A model generated the notes under the pieces. It was not told the DNA's origin. It did not search any database and was given only the letters and a program-made list of their open reading frames with translations. The translations under genes were made by a program, and so were the position numbers. This document shows, one piece after another, positions 27,814-37,528 of a stretch of 64,000 bases of DNA. How positions within the stretch are numbered: the stretch's first letter is position 1; the number at the start of each line of letters is the position of its first letter. This DNA comes from Clostridia bacterium (GTDB lineage Bacteria > Bacillota > Clostridia > Oscillospirales > CAG-272). Location: NCBI GenBank assembly GCA_017504625.1, contig JAFVQU010000020.1, positions 258,738 to 322,737 of the forward strand, written 5' to 3'.

Positions 27814-28731
27814 ATGATGGACGAAAACATACAATATACATTTGCTTTTCTCGGCGGCGATCGGCGGCAGGCGGTAGTTGCTGAAAAACTTATAGAGCGA
27901 GGACATGCGGTTAAGTTATTTGGTCTTGGCGGCTTTGCTGCATCAATAAATGGCGCAGAGATATGCTCAACTCCCGAAAAGGCGATATCGGGGAGTGATT
28001 TTATTATCCTTCCCTTACCCGTTTCAAAGGATAAAATAAATCTTGCCTTGATATCAGAGCCGTCTGCCCCCGCAATTAGTCTTTCGGATATTGCAGAGCT
28101 TGCGGCAAAATACGGTTGCAGATATATAATCGGCGGAATTATACCTCCCGAAATTGTGCGGATAGCAAATTTAAAAGGAATTCAAACGCTCGATTTTTAC
28201 GTTGAGGAAAGCTTTCAAAGAAAGAACGCACTTCCAAGTGCTGAAGGCGCGATAATGCTTGCTATGGAGCATACTGAAAAGAACATTGACGGTATGAATG
28301 CGCTTATAAGCGGATATGGGCGTATCGGTTTGTGTCTTGCTTCCCTGCTTGAAAAGCTTGGGGCAAAAGTTACAGTGGCTGCAAGAAGTGATGAAGCACT
28401 TTGTGAGGCGGCGATGTCAGGATATCAAGTCATAAGAATTGACGGTTACGGAAATGTGCTTGCAAATGCTGCAGAAAAAGCTGACGTTATATTTAATACT
28501 GTTCCCGCAGTCATTTTCAGTAAGACAGTGCTGGATAAAATGAATTGTTATCCGCTGTATATTGAAATTGCTTCAGTTCCCGGCGGCATTGACGTTTCAA
28601 AAGCACGAGAAAAGGGTATGAGAGTAATATTCGCACCCTCAATTCCCGGAAAATACGCTCCTGTAAGCGCGGGAGAGTACATCTATGAAACGGTGTGCGA
28701 CATTTTGAAAAAGGAGGGTATAACATTATGA
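27814..28731 (+). CDS. dpaA: Dipicolinate synthase subunit A
   Basis: Rossmann-like GYGRIG, the overall DpaA layout, and translational coupling to dpaB. Confidence 0.85.
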   Translation: MMDENIQYTFAFLGGDRRQAVVAEKLIERGHAVKLFGLGGFAASINGAEICSTPEKAISGSDFIILPLPVSKDKINLALISEPSAPAISLSDIAELAAKYGCRYIIGGIIPPEIVRIANLKGIQTLDFYVEESFQRKNALPSAEGAIMLAMEHTEKNIDGMNALISGYGRIGLCLASLLEKLGAKVTVAARSDEALCEAAMSGYQVIRIDGYGNVLANAAEKADVIFNTVPAVIFSKTVLDKMNCYPLYIEIASVPGGIDVSKAREKGMRVIFAPSIPGKYAPVSAGEYIYETVCDILKKEGITL

Positions 28732-29288
28732 TAGGATATTGCTTTTGCGGTTCTTTTTGCACCTTCGCTCAATCCTATGAGGTACTTAAAAGGTTGAAGG
28801 ATACTTATAAAGACGTAATTCCGATTATGAGCTACAATGCGTATAATACCGATACGCGTTTTGGGGAAAGCCGTGAGTGGATAGACAAGGTGGAAGATGT
28901 TTGTGGGTGCAAGATCATTAATACAATAAAGGACGCGGAGCCATTGGGACCGAAGATATCACTCGATGCGCTAATTATTGCTCCTTGTACCGGAAATACT
29001 CTTGCAAAGCTTGCAAACGGTATAACCGACACGCCGGTATGCATGGCGGCTAAGGCACACCTGCGCAGCGACCGCCCGCTTGTAATAGCGCTTGCTTCAA
29101 ATGATGCTATGAGTGCTAATCTTGGAAATATAGGTACACTTCTTTCGCGCAAGAACGTTTATTTTGTACCTATGGTGCAAGACGAACCTATAAAAAAGCC
29201 CCACTCGCTTGTAGCTGATTTTTCACAGCTTGAAAGGACGCTTTGCGACGCATTGTCGGGAAAACAGACAAGAAAGTTATTTATCTAA
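28728..29288 (+). CDS. dpaB: Dipicolinate synthase subunit B (flavoprotein-like)
   Basis: MIGYCFCGSFCTF.. and APCTGNTLAKLANGITDTP. ATG 28728 overlaps the dpaA stop as ATGA. Confidence 0.9.
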   Translation: MIGYCFCGSFCTFAQSYEVLKRLKDTYKDVIPIMSYNAYNTDTRFGESREWIDKVEDVCGCKIINTIKDAEPLGPKISLDALIIAPCTGNTLAKLANGITDTPVCMAAKAHLRSDRPLVIALASNDAMSANLGNIGTLLSRKNVYFVPMVQDEPIKKPHSLVADFSQLERTLCDALSGKQTRKLFI

Positions 29289-29318
29289 AAAAAGCGGCAA
29301 GAAATTGCCGCTTTTTTA
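29288..29318 (+). terminator. Rho-independent terminator after dpaB
   Basis: Stem aagcggcaa (29292-29300) pairs with ttgccgctt (29305-29313), followed by a T-run. Confidence 0.8.
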
Positions 29319-29347
29319 TTGATTTTTTGATAAAAACGTGATATAAT
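29319..29347 (+). promoter_or_regulatory. SigA-type promoter TTGATT-N17-TATAAT for the riboswitch-led operon
   Basis: TTGATT at 29319-29324, a 17 nt spacer, and TATAAT at 29342-29347. Confidence 0.5.
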
Positions 29348-29389
29348 ATCAATACACAAAAAGAATAACGCAGTTCATCTGAGCTTATA

Positions 29390-29628
29390 TAACTCGTTGT
29401 CGGGAGTATATCTTTGATTGCTTTCGGGGATAAGGAAATCGCGGTGAGAGTCCGCGGCAACAGCCATTACCGTAACTTCGTTTGCAAGGCAAACGATCAA
29501 GTCGGAATGCTTATCGTTCTGCGACCGATAAAAGTCTCTTGGGCAAATTGGGGGAGATGAGGTTATGCGGCAGATGAGCAGACTGCCGTTCCCTTTTCGC
29601 GCCCAAATGGAAGGGCGCTTTTATTTTA
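29390..29628 (+). promoter_or_regulatory. Cobalamin (B12) riboswitch-like leader with a terminator expression platform
   Basis: The core AGGAAATCGCGGTGAGAGTCCGCGGCAACAGCCATTACCGTAA resembles the Cbl consensus GGGAA..GGTGaaAaTCC..GC..CCCGCaACTGTAA. AAGTCGGAATGC is a diverged B12 box. A terminator gcgccc/gggcgc (29599-29618) is followed by a T-run. The downstream genes are of a type usually under B12 control. Confidence 0.6.
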
Positions 29629-29669
29629 TCCTTTGAGTGGAAAATAAACACAAGAAAGGATTTTTAAAA

Positions 29670-30083
29670 ATGAAAAAATCAGTAGTATCAGCAATTTCGC
29701 TTTTATTGTCAGTTATTTGTATTTTCTGCTTTGTATCATGTGCTGAAAAGGTTGACGCAACAGGCCTTTGGGAGAGCGCGATGTATCTTTCTGACATTAC
29801 ACTTGGAAATGGCTCAAAAACCGTAAGCTTTGACGTAGAGGCGGGTGATCAAAAAATTACTATCACTCTCAAAACCGATAAAGCAACGCTTGGAGAGGCT
29901 ATGTTTGAGCACGGCCTTATAAATGACGCGTCTTTCTTTAACATTCTCAATGGAATTGAGGCAAGCTGGGAGAATGATCAGGCATACTGGGCTTTCTATC
30001 AGGGTGACACAATGATGCCTTATGGCGTTAATGATGAAGCAATTAGTGACGGCGCAAGCTATCGATTTGTTTATACCAAGTAA
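29670..30083 (+). CDS. DUF4430-type lipoprotein (putative surface cobalamin-binding protein)
   Basis: Signal peptide with lipobox FVSC|AEK. The C-terminal pattern NGIEAS...YWAFYQGD...G.....ISDGASYRFVY fits DUF4430. ATG 29670 with an AGAAAGGA RBS is preferred over the listed GTG at 29637. Confidence 0.7.
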   Translation: MKKSVVSAISLLLSVICIFCFVSCAEKVDATGLWESAMYLSDITLGNGSKTVSFDVEAGDQKITITLKTDKATLGEAMFEHGLINDASFFNILNGIEASWENDQAYWAFYQGDTMMPYGVNDEAISDGASYRFVYTK

Positions 30084-30089
30084 AACAGT

Positions 30090-30623
30090 ATGAAAAAAGA
30101 TAAATGGCGCAGAAGGACGCTTATGATGTGCATTTTTGCAATGCTTGGCGCTCTGATGTTCTGCTCAAAGATCATTATGGAGGCATTTCCAAATATTCAT
30201 CTGCTCGGAATGCTTACAATGGTTTATACCCTTACTTTTCGGTCAAGGGCTCTCGTACCGATATACATTTACGTTTTTCTGAACGGATTATTTGCGGGCT
30301 TTAACGCATGGTGGATTCCATACCTTTACATTTGGACTCTTCTTTGGGGAGTGACGATGCTGTTACCAAAAAGAATGCCCAGATGGTTAGGCTATATAGT
30401 GTATTCCGTTGTCTGTTCGTTTCACGGATTCCTTTTTGGAATACTTTACGCACCTGCGCAAGCAATTTTCTTTGGACTTAATTTTCAAGAAATGCTCATA
30501 TGGATTGCACAAGGTGCAGTATTTGACACGATGCACGGAATAAGCAATTTTGTAGTTGGATTTTTAGTGATGCCTTTTGCATCACTTTTGACAAAGCTTT
30601 CCAAAAAAACAAAAATAATATGA
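30090..30623 (+). CDS. Small polytopic membrane protein, ECF S-component-like (candidate cobalamin-specific, CbrT-like)
   Basis: 177 aa with about 5-6 TM segments, 6 nt downstream of the DUF4430 gene and behind the B12-like leader. The assignment rests on context and size only. Confidence 0.5.
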   Translation: MKKDKWRRRTLMMCIFAMLGALMFCSKIIMEAFPNIHLLGMLTMVYTLTFRSRALVPIYIYVFLNGLFAGFNAWWIPYLYIWTLLWGVTMLLPKRMPRWLGYIVYSVVCSFHGFLFGILYAPAQAIFFGLNFQEMLIWIAQGAVFDTMHGISNFVVGFLVMPFASLLTKLSKKTKII

Positions 30624-30660
30624 AAAAAGCCTTGCGGGTTGACTGCAAGGCTTTTAATTT
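30623..30660. terminator. Bidirectional terminator
   Basis: Stem gccttgc (30629-30635) pairs with gcaaggc (30645-30651), flanked by an A-run and a T-run. It sits between convergent genes. Confidence 0.7.
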
Positions 30661-31705
30661 ATCTTTCATTTAAGGGCACAAATACCGCGCTGCTGATTAT
30701 CGGTTCATTCGGAAACATACAATCCTTTGGAGGGATAATGCCTTCAAGCCAGTTTGTTTCCATGCCTTCTATCGCAATTTTCCCGTCCTCACGAACGGTT
30801 ATCGTGGCAGAAACCGGATCAGTAAAATACCAGGTCTGAGGACTCATCCAAAGCTCACTGATAAGACGGTCTTTGGTATCAATCTCGTTACCCTTTTCGT
30901 CATACTCAGTATATTGGAAGGTTTCATGGGTATAATGCTTATCAACCGACGGAAGCCATACACCGTTGCGAACGGTATTCAGATCAATGTAAACAACATC
31001 ATCACATAAAGCAATATGGTCACTATGTAAATGACCGTTTATTGACATCAAAACCGTGCCTTGCTTTATTTTGTTTACCTTTTTGAATATCTCCTGAACT
31101 TCATTTGTCTCTGGAGCATGAGTCCACGTCTTTGAGAATGAGGTATGCGAGCAGACGATACAATGCAACCCCTTTTCAGCTGCATCGCAAAGTACGTTAT
31201 CAAGCCACTTAAGCTGTATAGGACCGAGCGCACAAATATGTGTGTTTCCGTTAGGAGGCCCGTAGCTGCAGGTTGCGTTATGCTCCCAAACATTCTTCTG
31301 AGGATTGTATGAATAATTGGTATCAGTCATCACAAAACGAAATCCATTTGTGTCAAAATAATAATAACCAATATATCCATCGCCGATCGTTCCTTCTTCC
31401 GTTCCCCAAATTACGTTGCGATTAGTTAGAAGAGGGGTTACAAATGCCATACTGTTATTGGCGGATTCAAGCTCATGGTTTCCGTATATTCCATATACAG
31501 CCTTATCGCTTTCGTTTTCAATATATGCCTTTATAAGCTCAGGAGAGCCTATATAATCGTTGCACATATCGCCCAAATGAATTACAAAATCAGAATTATC
31601 ATTAACTGCGCGTCTGAAAATTGACCTAAGATCATCTACAGTTGCAATATACATTCCTTTTCTGTAATGAAGGTCGGCAAATGCTGTGAATTTTATTTCA
31701 TTCAT
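30659..31705 (-). CDS. Metallophosphoesterase
   Basis: Motifs FADLHY, HLGDMCND, GNHELE and NGHLHSDH. ATG 31705 has AAGGAGG 8 nt upstream. Confidence 0.8.
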   Translation of the reverse strand: MNEIKFTAFADLHYRKGMYIATVDDLRSIFRRAVNDNSDFVIHLGDMCNDYIGSPELIKAYIENESDKAVYGIYGNHELESANNSMAFVTPLLTNRNVIWGTEEGTIGDGYIGYYYFDTNGFRFVMTDTNYSYNPQKNVWEHNATCSYGPPNGNTHICALGPIQLKWLDNVLCDAAEKGLHCIVCSHTSFSKTWTHAPETNEVQEIFKKVNKIKQGTVLMSINGHLHSDHIALCDDVVYIDLNTVRNGVWLPSVDKHYTHETFQYTEYDEKGNEIDTKDRLISELWMSPQTWYFTDPVSATITVREDGKIAIEGMETNWLEGIIPPKDCMFPNEPIISSAVFVPLNER

Positions 31706-31729
31706 AAAGTTGTCCTCCTTGAAAAGCAA

Positions 31730-32608
31730 TTACATAAGGTCTTTAGGAGTGAACGTATACTTGGAGTTGCAGAAACGGCACTCGACTTCAAGCTCCTCGG
31801 GCTTACCTTCAGCGATCTGCTCGTCAAAGAGCTTACGGAGATCCTTTTCACCGAGAGAAACAAGAGCCTTGTGCATTCTCTCGCGAGAACAGGTACATTT
31901 GTAATCAACGTCAATAACGTCAAAAAGGTCGTACTCGATTCCCTGCATTGCAAGTGCCATTATTTCCTCGTTAGACATTCCGCTGTCAAAAAGTCTTGAT
32001 ATGTTTGAGAGGAAAGGAATGTTCTTTTCAATCTTGGTTACGGTTTCATCGTCTGCGAAAGGAAGAAGCTGAATTATTATTCCTCCTGCCGCACGACAGC
32101 TGAGATCGGTATCAACAAGCACGCCGAGAGCGCAAACGGTAGGAACCTGTTCACTCTGAGCATAGTAATTGGTGATATCCTCTGCAATTTCACCCGAAAC
32201 AAGCTCGATCGAACCGTTATAAGGCTCCGCAGAGCCCATGTCCTTTATGATGTTAAGAAATCCTGCGCCAACCGCACCGCTTACGTCGAGCTTACCGTTA
32301 GATTTGAGCGGTATCTCAACGTCGGGATTCTGAATATAACCGCGCACGTTGCCGACGTAGTCGCTCACCGCCAAAACTCTGCCCGCAGGACCGTCGCCGT
32401 TAAGGGATACCGTGATAGTATCCTCCTTGTCACCAAGCATACATCCCATCATTGAGGTGACGGTCAGAAGTCTGCCGAGTGTTGCGGTAGCTGTTGCGGT
32501 TGTATTGTGATATTTGACAGCGGTATTAACGATGTCAGTTGAATTGATTACGTGTATTCGCGCGCTTCCGTCGCTTGTCATTGCGCGTAAGATCTGTGAC
32601 TGTGCCAT
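31730..32608 (-). CDS. hslO: Redox-regulated chaperone Hsp33
   Basis: C-terminal zinc centre CTCSRE...[11 protein letters not shown] 32608 ([11 protein letters not shown]..) has a GGAGAAAC RBS. Confidence 0.9.
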   Translation of the reverse strand: MAQSQILRAMTSDGSARIHVINSTDIVNTAVKYHNTTATATATLGRLLTVTSMMGCMLGDKEDTITVSLNGDGPAGRVLAVSDYVGNVRGYIQNPDVEIPLKSNGKLDVSGAVGAGFLNIIKDMGSAEPYNGSIELVSGEIAEDITNYYAQSEQVPTVCALGVLVDTDLSCRAAGGIIIQLLPFADDETVTKIEKNIPFLSNISRLFDSGMSNEEIMALAMQGIEYDLFDVIDVDYKCTCSRERMHKALVSLGEKDLRKLFDEQIAEGKPEELEVECRFCNSKYTFTPKDLM

Positions 32609-32630
32609 TTGTTTCTCCGTTTTGATGTTA

Positions 32631-33404
32631 TTACTTTTTTGCTCTTGCGATGATATACCAACGCTCGCAATCGTTTTTTGGTTGTGAAAAATCATATCCG
32701 CCGAAGCATCCTATAAATTCGAGGCCGCATTTTTTAAGATGTGTCTTCAGTTCTTCAAGAGAGTAGCAACGCTCTGTCTGTGTTTCATCGCATCGTGAAT
32801 AACTTCCGTCATCTTCTTCGGTAAATACCGAGAGATAGAAGTTGCATAGCTTGCTATCCTTGTCGTATTCATTTTGCCAACCGCAATATGTGGTTTGTCC
32901 GTATGAGTTTTCATCCTCAAAAATGTATTGGTTATTTCCGTAAACGTTCTCAAATTTGTAAGGTGTGTTTACGTCAAAAATAAAGAGGCCGTCAGGATCA
33001 AGATAATTATGGACGTGAGCAAAGCATTTGTCAAGGTCGCCGTCCTTGGTAAGATAGTTTATGCTGTCAAGACAACAACAAACTGCGCCGACCGTGCCGT
33101 AAAGCTCGAATTCGCGCATATCCTGTCTTAAAAATAGGATGTTAGATATTCCTTTGCTGAACGCTTTTTCGTATGCCTCGGATAGCATATCCTCGCTTGA
33201 ATCCGCGCCTATCATATCGTATCCTCTTGAATGAAGCTCAAATGTCATGCTTCCCGTGCCGCACGCAAGGTCAAGGACAAGCTCAGGTTTACTGTCAAGA
33301 TATTTATTGAATGCCGATTCTATAAAATCTGCCCACTTAGAATAGTCTATCTCGGCATTTATATTGTCGTATATTGATGCTATTGAGTCGTAACCCGAAA
33401 ACAT
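32631..33404 (-). CDS. Class I SAM-dependent methyltransferase
   Basis: Motif [13 protein letters not shown] and the typical fold length. Confidence 0.85.
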   Translation of the reverse strand: MFSGYDSIASIYDNINAEIDYSKWADFIESAFNKYLDSKPELVLDLACGTGSMTFELHSRGYDMIGADSSEDMLSEAYEKAFSKGISNILFLRQDMREFELYGTVGAVCCCLDSINYLTKDGDLDKCFAHVHNYLDPDGLFIFDVNTPYKFENVYGNNQYIFEDENSYGQTTYCGWQNEYDKDSKLCNFYLSVFTEEDDGSYSRCDETQTERCYSLEELKTHLKKCGLEFIGCFGGYDFSQPKNDCERWYIIARAKK

Positions 33405-33421
33405 AAAAGGCTTACCTTTCG

Positions 33422-33724
33422 TTATTTGCTTCTTTTTTCTTCCAGCTTCATATTCTGAAGCACCTTATGATATCCGTCGCTACCGTATTTAAGACAGTGA
33501 TTAACGCGACTTATCGTTGCAGTACTGAGTCCGGTTGTTGCGGCTATTTCCGCATAGATCACACCGTCACTCAGCATTCGTGCAGCTTTGAGTCTGCGCG
33601 ACATTTCAAGTATTTCCGATGCGGTACAAAGATCCTCCAAAAAGTTTTTACAATCGGCGGCGGATTCTATTGAAGCTATGCTCTTGCAGAGGAATTCAAT
33701 GTTTTCGTCGTAGTTGGTTTTCAT
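33422..33724 (-). CDS. YerC/YecD-family TrpR-like DNA-binding protein
   Basis: 100 aa with an HTH at IAATTGLSTATISRVNHCLKYGSDGY. Confidence 0.8.
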   Translation of the reverse strand: MKTNYDENIEFLCKSIASIESAADCKNFLEDLCTASEILEMSRRLKAARMLSDGVIYAEIAATTGLSTATISRVNHCLKYGSDGYHKVLQNMKLEEKRSK

Positions 33725-33865
33725 TCTTGAAAAATACCTTTCTTTATCAGAATTTTGGATACCTTAGATATATTTTACCACTTTATTGTGCGAAAGTAAA
33801 GCCTTTTTTGAAATTTTATTGACCATAATTTTTTCAACAAACTGTTTGTTTTTCTAAATTGGATA

Positions 33866-33894
33866 TTGACATTGAGTAACAAATGATTTATAAT
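33866..33894 (+). promoter_or_regulatory. SigA-type promoter, exact TTGACA-N17-TATAAT
   Basis: TTGACA at 33866-33871, a 17 nt spacer, and TATAAT at 33889-33894, upstream of the XRE-family gene. Confidence 0.55.
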
Positions 33895-33940
33895 ATAATA
33901 TGTAGAATTGCAGTCAAGAAAAAAGAAAGGATTTTTTCAA

Positions 33941-35044
33941 ATGACAGAGATTAAAATTGGACAAAAAATACGTCTTCTCCGTAAAAATAACGATGTTACT
34001 CAGGATAAGCTTGCGGCTTACCTTGGCGTTACTCCTCAGGCTGTTTCCCGTTGGGAATCCGAAATATGCTATCCCGACATTGAAACTCTTCCGCAGATAG
34101 CCGATTTCTTTGGTGTTGGTATGGACGAGCTCCTTTGCTACGATAGCGTGCAAAAGGAAAGCAAGATAAAGGAATACTTAAACAAGGCAGATCTCCTTAT
34201 TGAAGACGAGAAGCTGCCCGAGTGCCTTGCATTATTGCGTGAGGCATATGCTGAAATTCCCTCCTCGTTTGAAATTCAGCTTGAGCTTGCAAAGATTCTT
34301 TCAACTATTTTTGCTGAGGTTAAGGCGGATAAGAACGATCTTGCCGAGGCGGTATCTCTTTGCAATCATATTCTTGATTACTGCACTGATGACGAGATTC
34401 GAGATGAAACAAAGAAGACTCTTTGCGCGATCTATTCACATCAAGTTAGAAACAGTCAGATGGCTATTGATATCGCCGAGAAGCTTCACGGTATGAGCTA
34501 TAGCAAGGAGATTGTAAAGGCGACCGTGCTTACAGGCGAATTTGCTTTCAAGCAGGCACAGGCCAATATTATGGCATTTGCAGATAATATGTGGTGGCAC
34601 ATGTATAATATTGCTTGTGTTCCGGATATTTCCGAGAATAACTACGATATTGACGAAAAGATCGCTATTATTGAGAAGGGCATTTCCCTCTTTGAAATAA
34701 TCTTTGACGGTAATTACCTCTACTACAATGACAGACTTGCCAACTCGTACAGACAGCTTGCGATCTTCAATTTGATGAAGGGCGATAATCAAAGAGCGCT
34801 TGAATGCTTTGAGAGTATGGCGCATTATGCCGTAGCATTTGATGCTCTACCGGCATCCGATACTTATTCATCTGTTCTTATCAATACTGTTGAATACAAA
34901 AATGAAAGATACGACAGCGGTTCCGGCATTCCCCTTTGCGCAAAGCTTCTTCGCGGACGTTTTGCAGGTCGCGTATGGTCTGCCATCAGAAACGATACGA
35001 GATTCATCGCCGCAGTTGAAAAGATGGAAGCATTTGTAAAATAA
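33941..35044 (+). CDS. XRE-family HTH regulator with a long helical-repeat (TPR-like) C-terminal domain
   Basis: N-terminus IGQKIRLLRKNNDVTQDKLAAYLGVTPQAVSRWE is an HTH_3 domain. About 300 aa of helical repeats follow. ATG 33941 was chosen as the start. Confidence 0.75.
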   Translation: MTEIKIGQKIRLLRKNNDVTQDKLAAYLGVTPQAVSRWESEICYPDIETLPQIADFFGVGMDELLCYDSVQKESKIKEYLNKADLLIEDEKLPECLALLREAYAEIPSSFEIQLELAKILSTIFAEVKADKNDLAEAVSLCNHILDYCTDDEIRDETKKTLCAIYSHQVRNSQMAIDIAEKLHGMSYSKEIVKATVLTGEFAFKQAQANIMAFADNMWWHMYNIACVPDISENNYDIDEKIAIIEKGISLFEIIFDGNYLYYNDRLANSYRQLAIFNLMKGDNQRALECFESMAHYAVAFDALPASDTYSSVLINTVEYKNERYDSGSGIPLCAKLLRGRFAGRVWSAIRNDTRFIAAVEKMEAFVK

Positions 35045-35060
35045 GCGAATTGGAGATAAT

Positions 35061-35519
35061 ATGACTTTTCCAACCAACATAATCACTAATTCACCGGCAG
35101 AAACCGAGGAAATCGGCAAAGAGCTTGCAAAGATGCTTTCAAATGATGTTGATGCGCCAAGATTCGTTGCAATGTACGGTGACCTTGGAGTAGGCAAGAC
35201 GGCATTTGTAAGGGGCTTTTGCTCCGATATTTGTGCGGGGGCTACGGTCAAATCGCCTACGTTTGCGCTTGTAAACGAGTACAAATGTCAGACTTCAAAT
35301 AAAATCAAGAAGGTCTGTCACTTTGATATGTACCGAATAGTCGACGAGGACGATCTTTACTCGATCGGTTTTTACGACTATCTGCGTGACGACATACTTT
35401 GTATTGCCGAGTGGTGTGAGCTTATTCCCTATGCGCTTCCGGAAAAATATATCCGCGTTGAGATTACAAAGCAAGACCTTGAAAATAATAGAAATATCAG
35501 TATTGAGCTGATATATTGA
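35061..35519 (+). CDS. tsaE: tRNA t6A37 biosynthesis ATPase TsaE
   Basis: P-loop GDLGVGKTAFVRGF and a size of 152 aa. Confidence 0.9.
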   Translation: MTFPTNIITNSPAETEEIGKELAKMLSNDVDAPRFVAMYGDLGVGKTAFVRGFCSDICAGATVKSPTFALVNEYKCQTSNKIKKVCHFDMYRIVDEDDLYSIGFYDYLRDDILCIAEWCELIPYALPEKYIRVEITKQDLENNRNISIELIY

Positions 35520-35534
35520 CATAACGGAGTAAAA

Positions 35535-36236
35535 ATGAAAATATTATCACTTGACAGCAGTGCCGACGTTGGTACCGTCGCATTGTGTGAAGACGAGCGA
35601 CTTTTAGCTGAAATGACCGTTAATACGGGAAATACTCACTCTGAGTCACTTTTGCCTACTGTTGAGGCAGTGCTTAAAATAACGGGTACTGACATAAATG
35701 ATGTCGATTTATTCGCCTGCAGTACCGGCCCCGGTTCGTTTACAGGAGTCAGGATTGGAGTTGCAACGGTAAAGGGTATTGCTTACGGCAAGAATAAGCC
35801 TTGCGCATCGATCTCTACACTTTATGCTCTTGCGCGGAATCTGCGAGGTTTTAACGGAATAATCTGCCCTGTCATGAATGCAAGACGTAATCAGGTGTAC
35901 AACGCGCTTTTTATGTGTAAGGATTCTATTATAACACGTCTGACTCCCGACAGAGCTATCTCTATTGAGGAGCTTGACAACGAGCTTGCTGAAAAAAATA
36001 TGCCCGTCTATCTTTGCGGTGACGGTTACACTATTACCGAAAAGGGCTTTGAGAAAACTAAAATTTGCAGTGTTCCCTACCGTCTGCGGTTAGCAAGCGC
36101 GTACAGCGTTGCCCTCTGTGCTCTTGAGGCATCAAATAACGGGGCAACCGTTAGTGATTTCGAGCTGGTGCCTATATATCTCCGTCCTTCGCAGGCTGAA
36201 AGAGAAAGAAACGAAAGACTTGGACTTAATAAGTAA
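35535..36236 (+). CDS. tsaB: tRNA t6A37 biosynthesis protein TsaB
   Basis: MKILSLDSS.., GPGSFTGVRIG, and a position adjacent to tsaE. Confidence 0.9.
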   Translation: MKILSLDSSADVGTVALCEDERLLAEMTVNTGNTHSESLLPTVEAVLKITGTDINDVDLFACSTGPGSFTGVRIGVATVKGIAYGKNKPCASISTLYALARNLRGFNGIICPVMNARRNQVYNALFMCKDSIITRLTPDRAISIEELDNELAEKNMPVYLCGDGYTITEKGFEKTKICSVPYRLRLASAYSVALCALEASNNGATVSDFELVPIYLRPSQAERERNERLGLNK

Positions 36237-36256
36237 ACATTGAAGGGGTTATTATT

Positions 36257-36703
36257 ATGAAGAAGATAGTTATTGGCTGTGACCACGGAGGTCTTGAGCT
36301 TAAGAATGATATTATAAAGCACCTTGAGAGTAGAGGCATAGAGGTAGTTGACGTTGGAACATACACGAACGCCTCCTGTAACTACCCTGACTATGCGAGA
36401 GCACTTTGCCAGCGAATTCAGAATGGCGAATTTGAGCTGGGTATTCTCGTTTGCGGCACAGGTATAGGCATGTCCATGGCAGCAAACAAGCACAATGGAA
36501 TTCGTGCGGCTTGTTGCTCCGATACATTCTCCGCCCGCATGACCAGAATGCACAACAACGCCAACGTTCTTTGTCTTGGAGGCAGAGTTGTAGGCGCAGG
36601 TCTTGCTTGTGATATGGTCGACCTTTTCGTTGATACCGAGTACGAGGGCGGTAGACACGATCTCCGTGTTGCTATGATGGCAGAGATAGAAAAGGATAAC
36701 TGA
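36257..36703 (+). CDS. rpiB: Ribose-5-phosphate isomerase B
   Basis: Blocks IGCDHGG and GILVCGTGIGMSMAANK. Confidence 0.9.
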   Translation: MKKIVIGCDHGGLELKNDIIKHLESRGIEVVDVGTYTNASCNYPDYARALCQRIQNGEFELGILVCGTGIGMSMAANKHNGIRAACCSDTFSARMTRMHNNANVLCLGGRVVGAGLACDMVDLFVDTEYEGGRHDLRVAMMAEIEKDN

Positions 36704-36739
36704 TTTATTTTATAAATTCCCGAAAGGAGTGCTCCATAT

Positions 36740-37528
36740 ATGGCAGAGCGTACTGATACGCCGCACAAGATAGCAGAAGTCTTGCGCGCCTTTATCGGAA
36801 AAAACAATAAGAAATATTTTACGTCGGCACTTATTCTTGCCGCAGGCTCGTCTACCCGCATGGGTGACGGCGTAAGCAAGCAATTTTTGTCTGTCGGCGG
36901 TATTCCCGTAGTTGCAAGAACGGTAATGCAATTTGACCGCTCTGAATTTATAAATGAGATAATCGTCGTTTGTAAAAAGGATGAGCTTGAAATGTATAAG
37001 GATTTTGTCGAAAAGTATTCGATCAAAACTCCTTTCAAGGTTGTTGAAGGCGGTGAAACCAGACAGGAATCGGCAAGATTCGGTTCAGATGCCGTGGACT
37101 CTAAAGCAAAATATATTGCGATACATGATGCGGCAAGATGCCTTATTACCGAGGAAATGATCGCCCGTGTATGTCATAGCGCATTTATAAGCCGTGACAG
37201 AGGCGCGATTATGGCAATTAAGGCAACCGATACCGTAAAGATTGCGGACAAGGGTGCGTTCATTGAATCGACTCCCGAGAGAAAGCTTGTCTGGCAGGCT
37301 CAAACACCTCAGGTATTCCCTCTTAACGCCTATCGCGCGGCGGCATATATTGCTCGTGACGAGGGATTTGAGGGTACGGACGATGCTTCGTTGCTTGAAC
37401 ACATAAGGTTCCCCGTTAAGCTTGTTGACGGATCTCGTGAAAATATCAAGGTCACTGAGCCTATTGATATTTATCTTGCCGAGGCTATTCTCAAGTCAAG
37501 AGAAGAGTTCGGAGGTGACGAAGGATGA
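36740..37528 (+). CDS. ispD: 2-C-methyl-D-erythritol 4-phosphate cytidylyltransferase
   Basis: [12 protein letters not shown] and IHDAARC. It has an N-terminal extension of roughly 25 aa relative to typical IspD. An AAAGGAG RBS supports the listed start. Confidence 0.9.
   Translation: MAERTDTPHKIAEVLRAFIGKNNKKYFTSALILAAGSSTRMGDGVSKQFLSVGGIPVVARTVMQFDRSEFINEIIVVCKKDELEMYKDFVEKYSIKTPFKVVEGGETRQESARFGSDAVDSKAKYIAIHDAARCLITEEMIARVCHSAFISRDRGAIMAIKATDTVKIADKGAFIESTPERKLVWQAQTPQVFPLNAYRAAAYIARDEGFEGTDDASLLEHIRFPVKLVDGSRENIKVTEPIDIYLAEAILKSREEFGGDEG

Noticed and set aside
33619-33822. A 67 aa plus-strand ORF as a candidate signalling peptide for the XRE-TPR regulator.
   Set aside because: It mostly overlaps the YerC-like gene in antisense. 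It has no RBS and no signal-peptide-like N-terminus.
36418-37038. A 206 aa minus-strand ORF spanning rpiB and ispD.
   Set aside because: It crosses two well-supported plus-strand genes and their intergenic RBS, and it contains no recognisable domain.
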